Positions 19,419 through 27,575 of a stretch of DNA of 64,000 nt are shown here, piece by piece. The stretch covers positions 64,001-128,000 of IMG/VR virus record IMGVR_UViG_3300045988_176782; one strand, 5' to 3'. The position numbers were made by a program, and so were the translations under genes. Source of the DNA: a virus. How positions within the stretch are numbered: the stretch's first letter is position 1; every line of letters starts with the position of its first letter. The notes below the pieces were generated by a model. The model was given only the letters and a program-made list of their open reading frames with translations, was not told the DNA's origin and did not search any database.

Positions 19419-19603
19419 TGACAAATTTTGAGAGAGAAGAACAGGCAATTTTGACAGAAGCTGCAAGCACAAAAGCTAATATTTTCCGTATGATTAAAGA
19501 CCAGCTGCTAACAGAAGAAGAAGGCTACTTATGGCTCAATGACAAGCTGCTGATACTCCAAGAACGTTGGTTCCAGCTCCATCGCAAGTTGATGGAAGGT
19601 TAA
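19418..19603 (+). CDS. early protein, 61 aa
   Basis: The start overlaps the upstream stop (TAATG). Confidence 0.5.
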   Translation: MTNFEREEQAILTEAASTKANIFRMIKDQLLTEEEGYLWLNDKLLILQERWFQLHRKLMEG

Positions 19604-19621
19604 ACCTTCCACTCAAATTCC

Positions 19622-19636
19622 TTATGTTAAACATAA
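19622..19636 (+). promoter_or_regulatory. early-cassette palindrome, copy 12/28
   Basis: Exact repeat. Promoter and leader hairpin lie downstream. Confidence 0.9.
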
Positions 19637-19707
19637 AGAAACAAACCTTGTATTTTTTCGCAAACTATGTTATTATCTAATTGTTCCAAGAGGAACAGAA
19701 AGGAAGT

Positions 19708-20127
19708 ATGAATATGAATCAGATGGACGGAAATTTCTCTCATCAGGTTTGGCAGAGCGCAGTGCAATTCCAGAAGGAAACCATTGGCAAGAACAATAAC
19801 TTGTATGAGTTCCTTCAGTGGGTTAGCGAGAAAGCTAACAACAAAGACACCTATCGGTGGGCTGATGCCGTCAATAACTATGCCGCAGGCCGCTACACCG
19901 TGGAAACCTTCGTGAAGGGCCGCAATGTGGTTGTGTATGTGGGCGATGAGGTTGATAATGTGTTCTGCCGTGGTTCTGCTCATTGCAACAAGGACGACCA
20001 CTTTGATTCTAATATTGGCCGCGCCATTGCGCTGTATCGTGCGCTTTCCAGTCTGGAAGATGGCAAAGACGACAGCGGTATCTACAATCCCAAGCGAACC
20101 GACCTTGAGCCGCCGTTTGACATCTAA
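19708..20127 (+). CDS. early protein with C..D.FD.NIGRAIA motif, about 139 aa
   Basis: Internal ATG of track ORF 19681..20127 (19714 is also possible). Shares the motif HCNKDDHFDSNIGRAIALYRAL with 20459..20704. Confidence 0.55.
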   Translation: MNMNQMDGNFSHQVWQSAVQFQKETIGKNNNLYEFLQWVSEKANNKDTYRWADAVNNYAAGRYTVETFVKGRNVVVYVGDEVDNVFCRGSAHCNKDDHFDSNIGRAIALYRALSSLEDGKDDSGIYNPKRTDLEPPFDI

Positions 20128-20162
20128 TGGAAATGGGGATTTTCCCTATTTCATTTAATTCC

Positions 20163-20177
20163 TTATGTTAAACATAC
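20163..20177 (+). promoter_or_regulatory. early-cassette palindrome, copy 13/28
   Basis: TTATGTTAAACATAC. TTGACA and TATTAT lie downstream. Confidence 0.85.
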
Positions 20178-20255
20178 AGAAAACCATATTGACAATTTTC
20201 CCCCGAAATGATATTATATCACTGTTCCAATAGGGAACGAGGAAGGAGAAACACC

Positions 20256-20441
20256 ATGTATACCAAAAATGTTGAAGTCCTCAAGAAGGTTTTGGCTTCC
20301 CGTGTTCAACGGTTGAAGCAGGTATCTGTTGAAGTCAATAATCTTTCTAAAGAGGTTGGCACGCTCGCAGGTACAATGCAACGATTGGGCGTGTCGTCGG
20401 TAGAAGTTGGCAAAATTATCGCAGATAACTCTAAGTTCTAA
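20256..20441 (+). CDS. early cassette protein, 61 aa
   Basis: GAAGGAG RBS, then internal ATG of track ORF 20208..20441. Confidence 0.5.
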   Translation: MYTKNVEVLKKVLASRVQRLKQVSVEVNNLSKEVGTLAGTMQRLGVSSVEVGKIIADNSKF

Positions 20442-20458
20442 GAAAGGAAGCTGGGACT

Positions 20459-20704
20459 ATGAATACTATTGGTCAGTGGGCAGCTAGGATTAACAGCAAA
20501 TATAAGGAAAACGTCATCTGCACCTATCGCAAGCAGAAGAAAATCCGTGTTGTTCTTTGGAACGATTACGGTATTATGACGTGGGGCGATGCCTATTGCA
20601 AAAAGGGAGACCAATTTGATATTAACATTGGCCGCGCCATTGCAATTGCAAAAGCGTTGGAAATTCCCCTGCATCCAGACCTAATGCCAATTAAGACGGA
20701 GTAA
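20459..20704 (+). CDS. early protein with NIGRAIA motif, 81 aa (paralog of 19708..20127)
   Basis: YCKKGDQFDINIGRAIAIAKAL motif, with a good RBS. Confidence 0.55.
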   Translation: MNTIGQWAARINSKYKENVICTYRKQKKIRVVLWNDYGIMTWGDAYCKKGDQFDINIGRAIAIAKALEIPLHPDLMPIKTE

Positions 20705-20723
20705 TTCCGTCTTTTATTTTTCT

Positions 20724-20738
20724 TTATGTTAAACATAA
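20724..20738 (+). promoter_or_regulatory. early-cassette palindrome, copy 14/28
   Basis: Exact repeat. TTGACA and TATACT lie downstream. Confidence 0.9.
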
Positions 20739-20826
20739 AGAAAATCTTATTGACACAAATGCCGCCTTCTGTTATACTAACATTGTTCCTAAGGGAACGA
20801 AATAAATAAAAAAGGTGGAGAGAATA

Positions 20827-21387
20827 ATGACCAATACTTACGGTGAAGTTTATGCCAAGGTTTCTTCCAAGGACTGCACGGTAAAAGACCTCCAAGAAAT
20901 CATCTGGAAGTATGCAAGTGAAGAAATGATGGAAATCCTCAAGTCTGGCAAGGTAGATGTTAATCTTGTTAAGACCCTCATGAACTATCACGGCAACAGT
21001 TACGGCGCACATGCTATGTTGCTGGATATGGGGTTCGGCAATTTGTATGAAGATATTCACATTCTCATCATGGAGTATGCAAGCACACACGAAAATTCTT
21101 GGCACGGCACTACTTGTTGTTATGACTTCAAAGATAACATGGATGCTTATATTAGTGCAAGGAAAACTAAAAAAATTGTTGCAGACAAAATCTGTGACAA
21201 TCCTCTGATTCAGAACTTGTATAAAAATGGCCACCGCACCTTTGCAAATAAAGCTATCTGTTTGCTTGCCAAGAGCGATGAAGAAAATAAGAGTGCAAAT
21301 AAAGTCCAGCAGAGAGCCTTGTATAATATGCGGGCAGAAAATTTCTTCAAGACTTTGGAAAAGGTTGTGGAGGAATTGGGAGAGTAA
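20827..21387 (+). CDS. early cassette protein, 186 aa
   Basis: AAAGGTGGAG RBS, then ATG inside track ORF 20815..21387. Confidence 0.6.
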   Translation: MTNTYGEVYAKVSSKDCTVKDLQEIIWKYASEEMMEILKSGKVDVNLVKTLMNYHGNSYGAHAMLLDMGFGNLYEDIHILIMEYASTHENSWHGTTCCYDFKDNMDAYISARKTKKIVADKICDNPLIQNLYKNGHRTFANKAICLLAKSDEENKSANKVQQRALYNMRAENFFKTLEKVVEELGE

Positions 21388-21408
21388 TTCTCCCTTCCTT
21401 TTTTTTCC

Positions 21409-21423
21409 TTATGTTTAACATAT
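21409..21423 (+). promoter_or_regulatory. early-cassette palindrome, copy 15/28
   Basis: TTATGTTTAACATAT. TTGACC and TATACT lie downstream. Confidence 0.85.
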
Positions 21424-21492
21424 AGAAAACTTCCTTGACCTAATTTCATTTTCGTGTTATACTATTCACGAACTTGAAAGGAGGTTTGACCT

Positions 21493-22065
21493 ATGACCCA
21501 AAAGGAACACGCACTTAAACTCATTTCAGCTTTCTACGCCGAGTTCGGTATGGAGCGGGAATACTATGCTAATTACCCCAAAACTTCCAACCCTACCTAT
21601 AATCTGTATGCTGGCGTATTTCGTTTGACTATCGTCCCGAAAAATGCAAATTTCATCTTGAAGCTGGGCAAAACCGACACCGGAGACGAACAAAACGAAA
21701 ATGAAACCCGCATCTACAAGCTGGCGCAAGAGCAGAACTTGCAACACTGGTTTGCAAAACCTTTATTTATTATAAATGCTGGGCTATATACTTGGCACGC
21801 CTACGAGAAAGCATACTTCATTGGCGAAGCTGGGCAAAGCCCTTTGAAGGAAAAAGAAGTATCAGATGAAATCGTAGAACGCTATTGCAGTGCTTTGTAT
21901 ACTGATGAAATTGATAAATGGCCACATTATATTGCACATGAAAAAGTCGTTAATCGTCTTATTGACTTCTTTGAAGATTATGGGATTAACGACCTTCACG
22001 ACGGTAATTGGGGCTATTCTAAGCGGGCGCGTCATCTTATCTTCACCGACTATGCGGGATGTTGA
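21493..22065 (+). CDS. possible protein-kinase-like fold protein, 190 aa
   Basis: DLHDGNWGY resembles the kinase/APH catalytic loop (D-x-H-x-x-N), followed by FTDYAG (DFG-like). There is no clear Gly-rich loop. Confidence 0.4.
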   Translation: MTQKEHALKLISAFYAEFGMEREYYANYPKTSNPTYNLYAGVFRLTIVPKNANFILKLGKTDTGDEQNENETRIYKLAQEQNLQHWFAKPLFIINAGLYTWHAYEKAYFIGEAGQSPLKEKEVSDEIVERYCSALYTDEIDKWPHYIAHEKVVNRLIDFFEDYGINDLHDGNWGYSKRARHLIFTDYAGC

Positions 22066-22076
22066 AGTTAATAAAA

Positions 22077-22098
22077 TTGTAACAATTTTGTAACAATT
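22077..22098 (+). repeat. tandem TTGTAACAATT x2 operator-like repeat upstream of a consensus promoter
   Basis: The two 11-bp units were read directly. TTGACA (22105-10), 17 nt, then TGgTATAAT (22125-33) follow. Confidence 0.7.
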
Positions 22099-22160
22099 TT
22101 GTGCTTGACAAAAAATTAAAAATATGGTATAATATATATGTAAGATAAAGGAGGGATAGT

Positions 22161-22349
22161 ATGACTAAGATTTATTGCTTACCCAAAACTCCCGACGCAA
22201 ACGCAACTATGCGAAGAATCTGCGGACTTGTCCCTTGTTTGGGAAAAGTAAAGGCAAGTAAAAATTATATTTTCTTTTCCATCTCTTGCAGAGAAAAAGA
22301 CATTCAAATTGTAGAACGCATCTTGCGTCAAGGAGGTTATTTGGAATGA
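22161..22349 (+). CDS. early protein, 62 aa
   Basis: AAAGGAGGG RBS. Intact ORF. Confidence 0.55.
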   Translation: MTKIYCLPKTPDANATMRRICGLVPCLGKVKASKNYIFFSISCREKDIQIVERILRQGGYLE

Positions 22350-22525
22350 CGGAACGAGTTTATGTTATTATGTATGAAATTGAAGGCGAAAATTGGCTTA
22401 AATCGGTTGTTGATTGTGTTGTGCCCTCTTTAGAGCAAGCAGAAGAATACTGCTTGCGTAAAGAACGAGAACACCCTAATTTGATTTTCTATTGGGTTGC
22501 TTCCTTTCTAACGGATGAACCGTAA
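22346..22525 (+). CDS. early protein, 59 aa
   Basis: GGAGG RBS. The ATG overlaps the upstream stop. Internal start of track ORF 22286..22525. Confidence 0.5.
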   Translation: MTERVYVIMYEIEGENWLKSVVDCVVPSLEQAEEYCLRKEREHPNLIFYWVASFLTDEP

Positions 22526-22542
22526 GGTTCTCCCGGAAATCC

Positions 22543-22557
22543 TTATGTTAAACATAA
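22543..22557 (+). promoter_or_regulatory. early-cassette palindrome, copy 16/28
   Basis: Exact repeat. TTGACT and TATAAT lie downstream. Confidence 0.9.
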
Positions 22558-22635
22558 GGAAGATTCGTTTGACTTTTCTTGTATCTATGCTATAATGAGT
22601 ATGTTCCAAAAAGGGACAGAAAGGACGTGCAGACT

Positions 22636-23052
22636 ATGCCGAAGAAAACCGAAGGTGCTTTGAAAACTGAACGCAGGGATTACTTTATGCAGAAAATCAA
22701 GGACTTCCTCACAGAACAAGGCGAAGATGTAGCTTTCATCAGTGGGAATACCATCAACCTCCCCACGGTAGATGAATACGAGAATGAACGCTGGATTGAA
22801 ATTAAAGTTTCCGTTCCTGCTGGTGCAAGGGGAGAAGAATATGACGGCTATTCTTTGCGAGAAGATTATGGCCTCAAAATCCGCGAACAGGCCGACAAGA
22901 AAGAACGACTTACAAAGGAAAAGGCGAAAAAGGCCGCAGAACAAAAAGTGAAGCGTGAAGCCCTTGCGAAGAAACGAGAAGAAGAACGAGCGGAGAAAGA
23001 CCGAATCAGAGCGGAACTTGACGCAAAGGAAGCGAACAAAGATGAAGAATAA
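22636..23052 (+). CDS. paralog family A member (N-domain plus Lys/Glu/Ala-rich tail), 138 aa
   Basis: Internal ATG of track ORF 22579..23052. N-domain similar to 25971, 30059 and 32796. The tail is KKERLTKEKAKKAAEQKVKREALAKKREEERAEKDR. Confidence 0.55.
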   Translation: MPKKTEGALKTERRDYFMQKIKDFLTEQGEDVAFISGNTINLPTVDEYENERWIEIKVSVPAGARGEEYDGYSLREDYGLKIREQADKKERLTKEKAKKAAEQKVKREALAKKREEERAEKDRIRAELDAKEANKDEE

Positions 23053-23275
23053 ATACTATGAGGTTGTTGCAGAACGCGCCCATCTTGGGCGCGGCAACAC
23101 CAATACAATAGCATTTTATTACAAGGCAGAAAACGCCCTTGACGCAATGAATAAAGTAAAACATCAAGGTGGAATAAAACGTTCCCGTGTGCCTTTAAGG
23201 GTGCAAGAGGTTTCGCAAGAAGAATACGAAAATAACATCAAGGTTTCAGCGTATGTTAGAGCGGGAGTTAGATAA
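23042..23275 (+). CDS. early protein, 77 aa
   Basis: Internal ATG of track ORF 22955..23275, overlapping the upstream gene end by 11 nt. Confidence 0.45.
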   Translation: MKNKYYEVVAERAHLGRGNTNTIAFYYKAENALDAMNKVKHQGGIKRSRVPLRVQEVSQEEYENNIKVSAYVRAGVR

Positions 23276-23297
23276 GACTAACTCCCTTATTATTTCC

Positions 23298-23312
23298 TTA
23301 TGTTAAACATAC
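23298..23312 (+). promoter_or_regulatory. early-cassette palindrome, copy 17/28
   Basis: TTATGTTAAACATAC. TTGACA and TATACT lie downstream. Confidence 0.85.
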
Positions 23313-23390
23313 AGAAAAAAGTTTTGACAAAATCTAAAATCTTTGCTATACTATCATTGTTCCAAAAGGGACAGGAAAGGAGAAAGAACC

Positions 23391-23606
23391 ATGACACTAG
23401 ACGAATGTTGCCCTTATTGTGGAAGCGAGGATATTTTCTTCAAAGATTCCCGGCTTGACTATGTAGGTGGGATATTAGTAGAAACTAGTTTTGGCGTTTG
23501 TAAAAATTGCGAAAAAGACTTCAACATTGTAATAGATTACATTCCACGGATTCGCCGCTACTACAATCCTTCAACCTGCGACTATCTAAAAGGGGAGGAA
23601 TTTTAA
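23391..23606 (+). CDS. zinc-ribbon protein, 71 aa
   Basis: CPYCGS ... CKNCEK. GAAAGGAG RBS. Confidence 0.55.
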   Translation: MTLDECCPYCGSEDIFFKDSRLDYVGGILVETSFGVCKNCEKDFNIVIDYIPRIRRYYNPSTCDYLKGEEF

Positions 23607-23607
23607 G

Positions 23608-23862
23608 ATGAATAGAACTTTCGTTTGTCATGTGTGGGATAAAGCAACCTATATTCTTGAGGCCGAAACCCCTGAAATAGCCGCAGAAATGGCACAAGAT
23701 ATGTTTGACGAGCGCAAACACGGTGTTTCAATTTCTGCACCGCAAACCCCGTGTCAGGTGGGGCAAGATTGCCCCGACAATTTGAATTGCACTTCTTGTG
23801 TAGCCTTGTATGCGAAAATGGATTCAGACGAAACCGAAAGGGAGGGCGTTTCTAATGATTAA
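23608..23862 (+). CDS. early protein, 84 aa
   Basis: GGGGAGG RBS. Intact ORF. Confidence 0.55.
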   Translation: MNRTFVCHVWDKATYILEAETPEIAAEMAQDMFDERKHGVSISAPQTPCQVGQDCPDNLNCTSCVALYAKMDSDETEREGVSND

Positions 23863-24304
23863 GAAGATTGTTTATGTTACTGATGACGGCAAGACCTTTG
23901 AAAGCGAAGAAGATTGTTTGGAACATGAACAACGGCAACTTTATGCTAAAACCAACGTAAAGAATAACTTGTTTTGCTTTGATATGGAGAATAAGCGTTA
24001 CTTTCCTACTACCTATCAGGATTTTGAAAATCTTAAATCTTTCTTCTGTAAAACGCAAGAAACCTATGAGATTCTTCAACAGGTTGAAGAAAATGCAGAT
24101 GCAAGTTTTCTTCCTTTTGAAGGTGATAGCTATCAACCGCACGACTATGATGAAGAAGTCGTTCCTATCCTTAATGCTCATTGGGTATATGATAATGATG
24201 AATGGACTTGTTTAGAATATGAAGTAAAGAAAATTTCCGAAGCCATTCTTGAACAACAGAACCTTATTGAAGTTGCAAAGCAAAGTACAGGTTGGGAGAG
24301 TTAA
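23855..24304 (+). CDS. early protein, 149 aa, acidic
   Basis: GGAGGG RBS, then internal ATG of track ORF 23810..24304. Confidence 0.55.
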   Translation: MIKKIVYVTDDGKTFESEEDCLEHEQRQLYAKTNVKNNLFCFDMENKRYFPTTYQDFENLKSFFCKTQETYEILQQVEENADASFLPFEGDSYQPHDYDEEVVPILNAHWVYDNDEWTCLEYEVKKISEAILEQQNLIEVAKQSTGWES

Positions 24305-24324
24305 TCTCTCCTAATTTTCCTTCC

Positions 24325-24339
24325 TTATGTTAAACATAC
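24325..24339 (+). promoter_or_regulatory. early-cassette palindrome, copy 18/28
   Basis: TTATGTTAAACATAC. TTGACA and TATACT lie downstream. Confidence 0.85.
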
Positions 24340-24416
24340 AGAAAACAAAATTGACAAAAATGAAAATTTCCTATATACTATAACTGTTCTTAAGGGAACA
24401 GAAAGGAAGTTATTCT

Positions 24417-24617
24417 ATGAGAGATATTAGACGTATCCGCCGCATTACTGAACTTTTGGTAAAATTTTGGAATCGTCCCGAATGTCAAGATATGCGGTTT
24501 TGGCAGATGATGTCCTATCTTGGCGCCAAAGTGTTTGATGAAACCAAGTGCTCAGATTTCTTCTATCTGGAAGATGACGAGTTTGAAAGTTTTTTGAAAA
24601 AAATACTTGACAACTAA
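24417..24617 (+). CDS. early cassette protein, 66 aa
   Basis: GAAAGGAAG RBS. Intact ORF. Confidence 0.55.
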   Translation: MRDIRRIRRITELLVKFWNRPECQDMRFWQMMSYLGAKVFDETKCSDFFYLEDDEFESFLKKILDN

Positions 24618-24635
24618 GAAAACTTATGATATACT
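24607..24635 (+). promoter_or_regulatory. promoter of the tRNA cluster
   Basis: TTGACA, 17 nt, TATACT, followed by the same GTTCC..GGAAC leader hairpin. Confidence 0.6.
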
Positions 24636-24677
24636 AAATATGTTCCAAGGGTGAGGAACAAAAATAAAATCCCGCTT

Positions 24678-24765
24678 GGCGATGTGATGCAATAGGCGAG
24701 ACATAGCGCACTCAAAATGCGCCACATTAGAAACATTGTCGGTTCGAATCCGACCATCGCCACCA
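24678..24765 (+). tRNA. class-II-like tRNA, anticodon CAA (Leu), encoded CCA
   Basis: Hand fold: 7-bp acceptor GGCGATG/CATCGCC, T-arm GTCGG-TTCGAAT-CCGAC, anticodon arm GCGCA-CTCAAAA-TGCGC and a 3-bp D stem. The 15-nt variable region pairs poorly, which is atypical. Confidence 0.6.
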
Positions 24766-25035
24766 AATGCCTTATGTGTTGGCGGCAGTTACATTAAAAG
24801 AACACTTCGGTTTATCCCCTCCGGAAGTGGGGTACATCCTGACCAAAAACTATCCGGGTTCAACTCCCGGCCTGCCTACGGGCGGGGCGTAGGTTGCATA
24901 GTGAGTAAGGTGGAGAAAGATAGGAATAAGTATCTACGCCAATAGATTTACTGTTCTGACCGCTTTCAGGGATGGACGTACCTTGGCGGGTACGTTTTCA
25001 AGGGAGAAAGGTGCGCAACTTTCTCTCATTCTTTT
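24766..25035 (+). ncRNA. unassigned structured spacer between tRNAs (several strong hairpins, one T-arm-like motif)
   Basis: Contains CCGGG-TTCAACT-CCCGG (24854-70), CACTTCGG..CCGGAAGTG, GGCGTAG..CTACGCC, ACGTACC..GGTACGT and GAGAAAG..CTTTCTC. I could not build a complete cloverleaf or find a CUA/UCA/UUA anticodon loop. Confidence 0.3.
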
Positions 25036-25111
25036 CGGTCATTAACTCAGTTGGTAGAGTATCGCACTTTTAATGCGAGAGTCATGCGTTCAAGTCGCAT
25101 ATGACCGACCA
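25036..25111 (+). tRNA. tRNA-Lys (anticodon TTT), encoded CCA
   Basis: Hand fold: acceptor CGGTCAT/ATGACCG, D-arm ACTC-AGTTGGTA-GAGT, anticodon arm TCGCA-CTTTTAA-TGCGA and T-arm ATGCG-TTCAAGT-CGCAT. Confidence 0.85.
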
Positions 25112-25114
25112 TTT

Positions 25115-25190
25115 CGGAATAAGGTGATGTGGTTCGTTGCAACTGGCTTATATCCAGCGATTCGGGGTTCGATTCCTCGTATTCCGACCA
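25115..25190 (+). tRNA. tRNA-Ile-like (anticodon TAT), encoded CCA
   Basis: Hand fold: acceptor CGGAATA/TATTCCG, T-arm CGGGG-TTCGATT-CCTCG and anticodon loop CTTATAT on a 4-bp stem plus an A-C mismatch. The D stem has two G-U pairs. Confidence 0.65.
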
Positions 25191-25198
25191 ATTTTTCC

Positions 25199-25213
25199 TT
25201 ATGTTTAACATAC
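25199..25213 (+). promoter_or_regulatory. early-cassette palindrome, copy 19/28
   Basis: TTATGTTTAACATAC directly after the last tRNA. TTGACT and TATACT lie downstream. Confidence 0.85.
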
Positions 25214-25291
25214 GGAACAATCCTTTGACTTCCTCCCCATCTTATGTTATACTTTAGTTGTTCCAAAGAGAGCAGAAAGGAAAGAAAAGAT

Positions 25292-25732
25292 ATGAAAAAA
25301 ATTCTCGCGGTTCTCCTTACGGTAATTCTCCTATTCGGTTGCACTTCGGCTTTTGCCGCTTCTGACCCTGACTTTGAAATTCTTACTGTCAAAACCGTTT
25401 CTGATGCCCAAGAGTGCTATACTGCATTCAACGATTACGGATATAATGCAGAAATGTACCTGACCGCTTTCGGCGGCGCGCTTCTTGACATAGATGCCAT
25501 TAAATATTTTGATATTTGGCTTATCGGTTTTGAAGATTCAGGGCTTAAAAAGTATGATGTTGTATATGGTTGGTCAGAGTCTGTTAGTAAATTTGTTGTA
25601 GCCACTAACGATGTTATTATGCTTTTCCCTGATTGTTATGATAAAGATGATTATACTACATATCAACTCTTTCTCGGCGCGGTTCTGAATGAAGTAAATG
25701 TGACTTATACTGAAATGAAAACGGATGTTTGA
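25292..25732 (+). CDS. lipoprotein, 146 aa
   Basis: Signal peptide MKKILAVLLTVILLFGC with an L-F-G-C lipobox. Internal ATG of track ORF 25244..25732. Confidence 0.7.
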   Translation: MKKILAVLLTVILLFGCTSAFAASDPDFEILTVKTVSDAQECYTAFNDYGYNAEMYLTAFGGALLDIDAIKYFDIWLIGFEDSGLKKYDVVYGWSESVSKFVVATNDVIMLFPDCYDKDDYTTYQLFLGAVLNEVNVTYTEMKTDV

Positions 25733-25759
25733 AACATCCGTTTTCTTTTTTTTAATTCT

Positions 25760-25774
25760 TTATGTTTAACATAC
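25760..25774 (+). promoter_or_regulatory. early-cassette palindrome, copy 20/28
   Basis: TTATGTTTAACATAC. TTGACT and TATAAT lie downstream. A second promoter follows about 90 nt later. Confidence 0.85.
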
Positions 25775-25970
25775 GGAAAATAAATTTGACTTTCAGGAAA
25801 AATTGAGTATAATAATAATTGTTCCTGATGAGGGGCAAGGATAACCGGCAGACCGCAACCGAAAAGATTTTCAAAAAAGTCTTGACAAAGCGTCCGCAAA
25901 TGTGTTATACTCTAACCGTCCCCAAGAGGGAGAAATAAAGATGCGGTTAAACCGCAAGAAAGAGGTATGT

Positions 25971-26492
25971 ATGACTACTAACGAAATCATTTCCAAGATT
26001 CTGTCCGACTATGAAGGTTCTGCACTGGTTCGCCCCGACAAGGCCACTTTTATCGCTGTCCCCACCGAAGAAGGTACTTACATCAAGATTGCCGTTTCCA
26101 AGCTCGCTTCTAAGGACGTGGAGCGCAAGGACGGCAAGGTAATCCCTGCTTTCAACTTTGAAACCGCTGTTGAAGGTTACAAGACTTTCGTCGCAGAACA
26201 GGAAGCCAAGGCCGAAGCTCGTGCCAATGCCCCCAAGAAGGAGCGAGTATCCAAGGCTGACCCCGAAAAGGTTAAGATGCGGGCAGAGCGTCAGGCTAAG
26301 TTGGCAGCTTATTTGGAGACTATCGCAGGAATGACTTTCACTTCTACCGACATTGCCAACACTTGTACCGACATTTATCCCGATGGTAATGTGCTAAATG
26401 TAGGCGCGGATTTGGCAACGATTGCCAAGACCGATGACCGTCTTGTGATGGAAAAGATTGAAGGCAAGAAGCACTGGACTTTCAACAAGTAA
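25971..26492 (+). CDS. paralog family A member, 173 aa
   Basis: AAAGAGG RBS. N-domain (..YIKIAVSKL..FNFETAVEGYKTF), an Ala/Lys/Glu linker and a C-terminal domain similar to 30059 and 32796. Confidence 0.55.
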   Translation: MTTNEIISKILSDYEGSALVRPDKATFIAVPTEEGTYIKIAVSKLASKDVERKDGKVIPAFNFETAVEGYKTFVAEQEAKAEARANAPKKERVSKADPEKVKMRAERQAKLAAYLETIAGMTFTSTDIANTCTDIYPDGNVLNVGADLATIAKTDDRLVMEKIEGKKHWTFNK

Positions 26493-26543
26493 GATTAAAG
26501 GGAAGGACAAAAAGTCCTTCCTTTTTTTTATTAGATTTTTTCC

Positions 26544-26558
26544 TTATGTTAAACATAC
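26544..26558 (+). promoter_or_regulatory. early-cassette palindrome, copy 21/28
   Basis: TTATGTTAAACATAC. TTGACT and TATACT lie downstream. Confidence 0.85.
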
Positions 26559-26636
26559 AGAAAAAATATTTGACTTTTCTTTTCTTTTCCATTATACTAA
26601 TAGTGTCCTAAAGAGGACAAGAAAGGAAGTTTTAAT

Positions 26637-27050
26637 ATGTTGCATTATTATCGGGTTCTCTCTACGACTTATAACAATGGAGTTACTGTTGGTAAAAGAT
26701 ATGGCTCTGGTATTATAGACGAAAGTGAAGTCAAAGAAGAAACTATTTCCATTACTTGGGAAAACCTTGAAGAAGTTTATTATGACTATGGCTTAAAACT
26801 CCCCTTTAATATTTGGAACTTCAAGCGCGGTCGTGTTATTAGTTTCTTTGAAGGTGGCCTCACTGACAAGAATCGCCGCGATATTAAAGAATGGAAAACT
26901 CCTGAACTTAATATGAAACTTGTTATCACTTATGAAGTTATGCCTTATTCTCTTAATGATATTCTTAACTATTGGGACAGCGAAAAAGCAATCCAATATT
27001 TGCGTGAAAGAAATTTGTCTTGCCCTATTGACATCTTGAAAAAGTCGTGA
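26637..27050 (+). CDS. early cassette protein, 137 aa
   Basis: GAAAGGAAG RBS. Intact ORF. A consensus TTGACA-17-TATAAT promoter lies inside its 3' end (about 27017-27056). Confidence 0.6.
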   Translation: MLHYYRVLSTTYNNGVTVGKRYGSGIIDESEVKEETISITWENLEEVYYDYGLKLPFNIWNFKRGRVISFFEGGLTDKNRRDIKEWKTPELNMKLVITYEVMPYSLNDILNYWDSEKAIQYLRERNLSCPIDILKKS

Positions 27051-27088
27051 TATAATCAAGGAGAACTTGAAAGAAAGGAAGTTTTGAT

Positions 27089-27556
27089 ATGAATGCAAAT
27101 TTTACCCTAATCTTTGATATGGATGGAACAATCGTATCTTTGTATGATGTTCCCGACTGGCTTAAAAAAATTCGCAATGAAGATACTTCCCCTTACCTTG
27201 ACGCCGCCCCAATGTGGGATATGGCAGAACTTTCCACCATTTTGAACAAATTGTTGGAAATTGGTGTAGAAATTAAAATTGTAAGTTGGTGCGCAAAACA
27301 CGCAACGAAGACTTATGATGATGAAGTCCGCAAGGCAAAACGTGAATGGTTGAAGAAGTTTGACTTTCCTTGTTCTTCCTGTCGCATTACACCTTATGGT
27401 TATCCCAAAGAATACTTGAGAAACAAGAACCGTATCAATATTCTAATTGACGATAACAAAGAAGTTAGGGAAAATTTCCAGCGGTTTGATGGTTGCGAAA
27501 CGATAGACCCAACAAAGATTGACATTGTAGAGTGGTTGAAGGGTTTGATGGAGTAA
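27089..27556 (+). CDS. HAD-superfamily phosphatase / (deoxy)nucleotidase-like, 155 aa
   Basis: N-terminal FDMDGTIV (the DxDGT HAD motif I). Size and layout resemble the 5'(3')-deoxyribonucleotidase family. Confidence 0.65.
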   Translation: MNANFTLIFDMDGTIVSLYDVPDWLKKIRNEDTSPYLDAAPMWDMAELSTILNKLLEIGVEIKIVSWCAKHATKTYDDEVRKAKREWLKKFDFPCSSCRITPYGYPKEYLRNKNRINILIDDNKEVRENFQRFDGCETIDPTKIDIVEWLKGLME

Positions 27557-27575
27557 TCCATCAAACCATTTTTCT

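Noticed and set aside
19627-21234. Long minus-strand ORFs (19627..20001, 124 aa; 20593..21234, 213 aa) antisense to early genes.
   Set aside because: They span several plus-strand cassettes including their promoters and terminators, and they have no SD or promoter of their own. The plus-strand genes have complete regulatory cassettes.
24766-25035. An amber-suppressor tRNA hidden between the annotated tRNAs.
   Set aside because: I found a T-arm-like hairpin but no matching 7-bp acceptor stem, no D-arm, and no 7-nt loop with U33 followed by CUA. It is kept only as an unassigned structured region.
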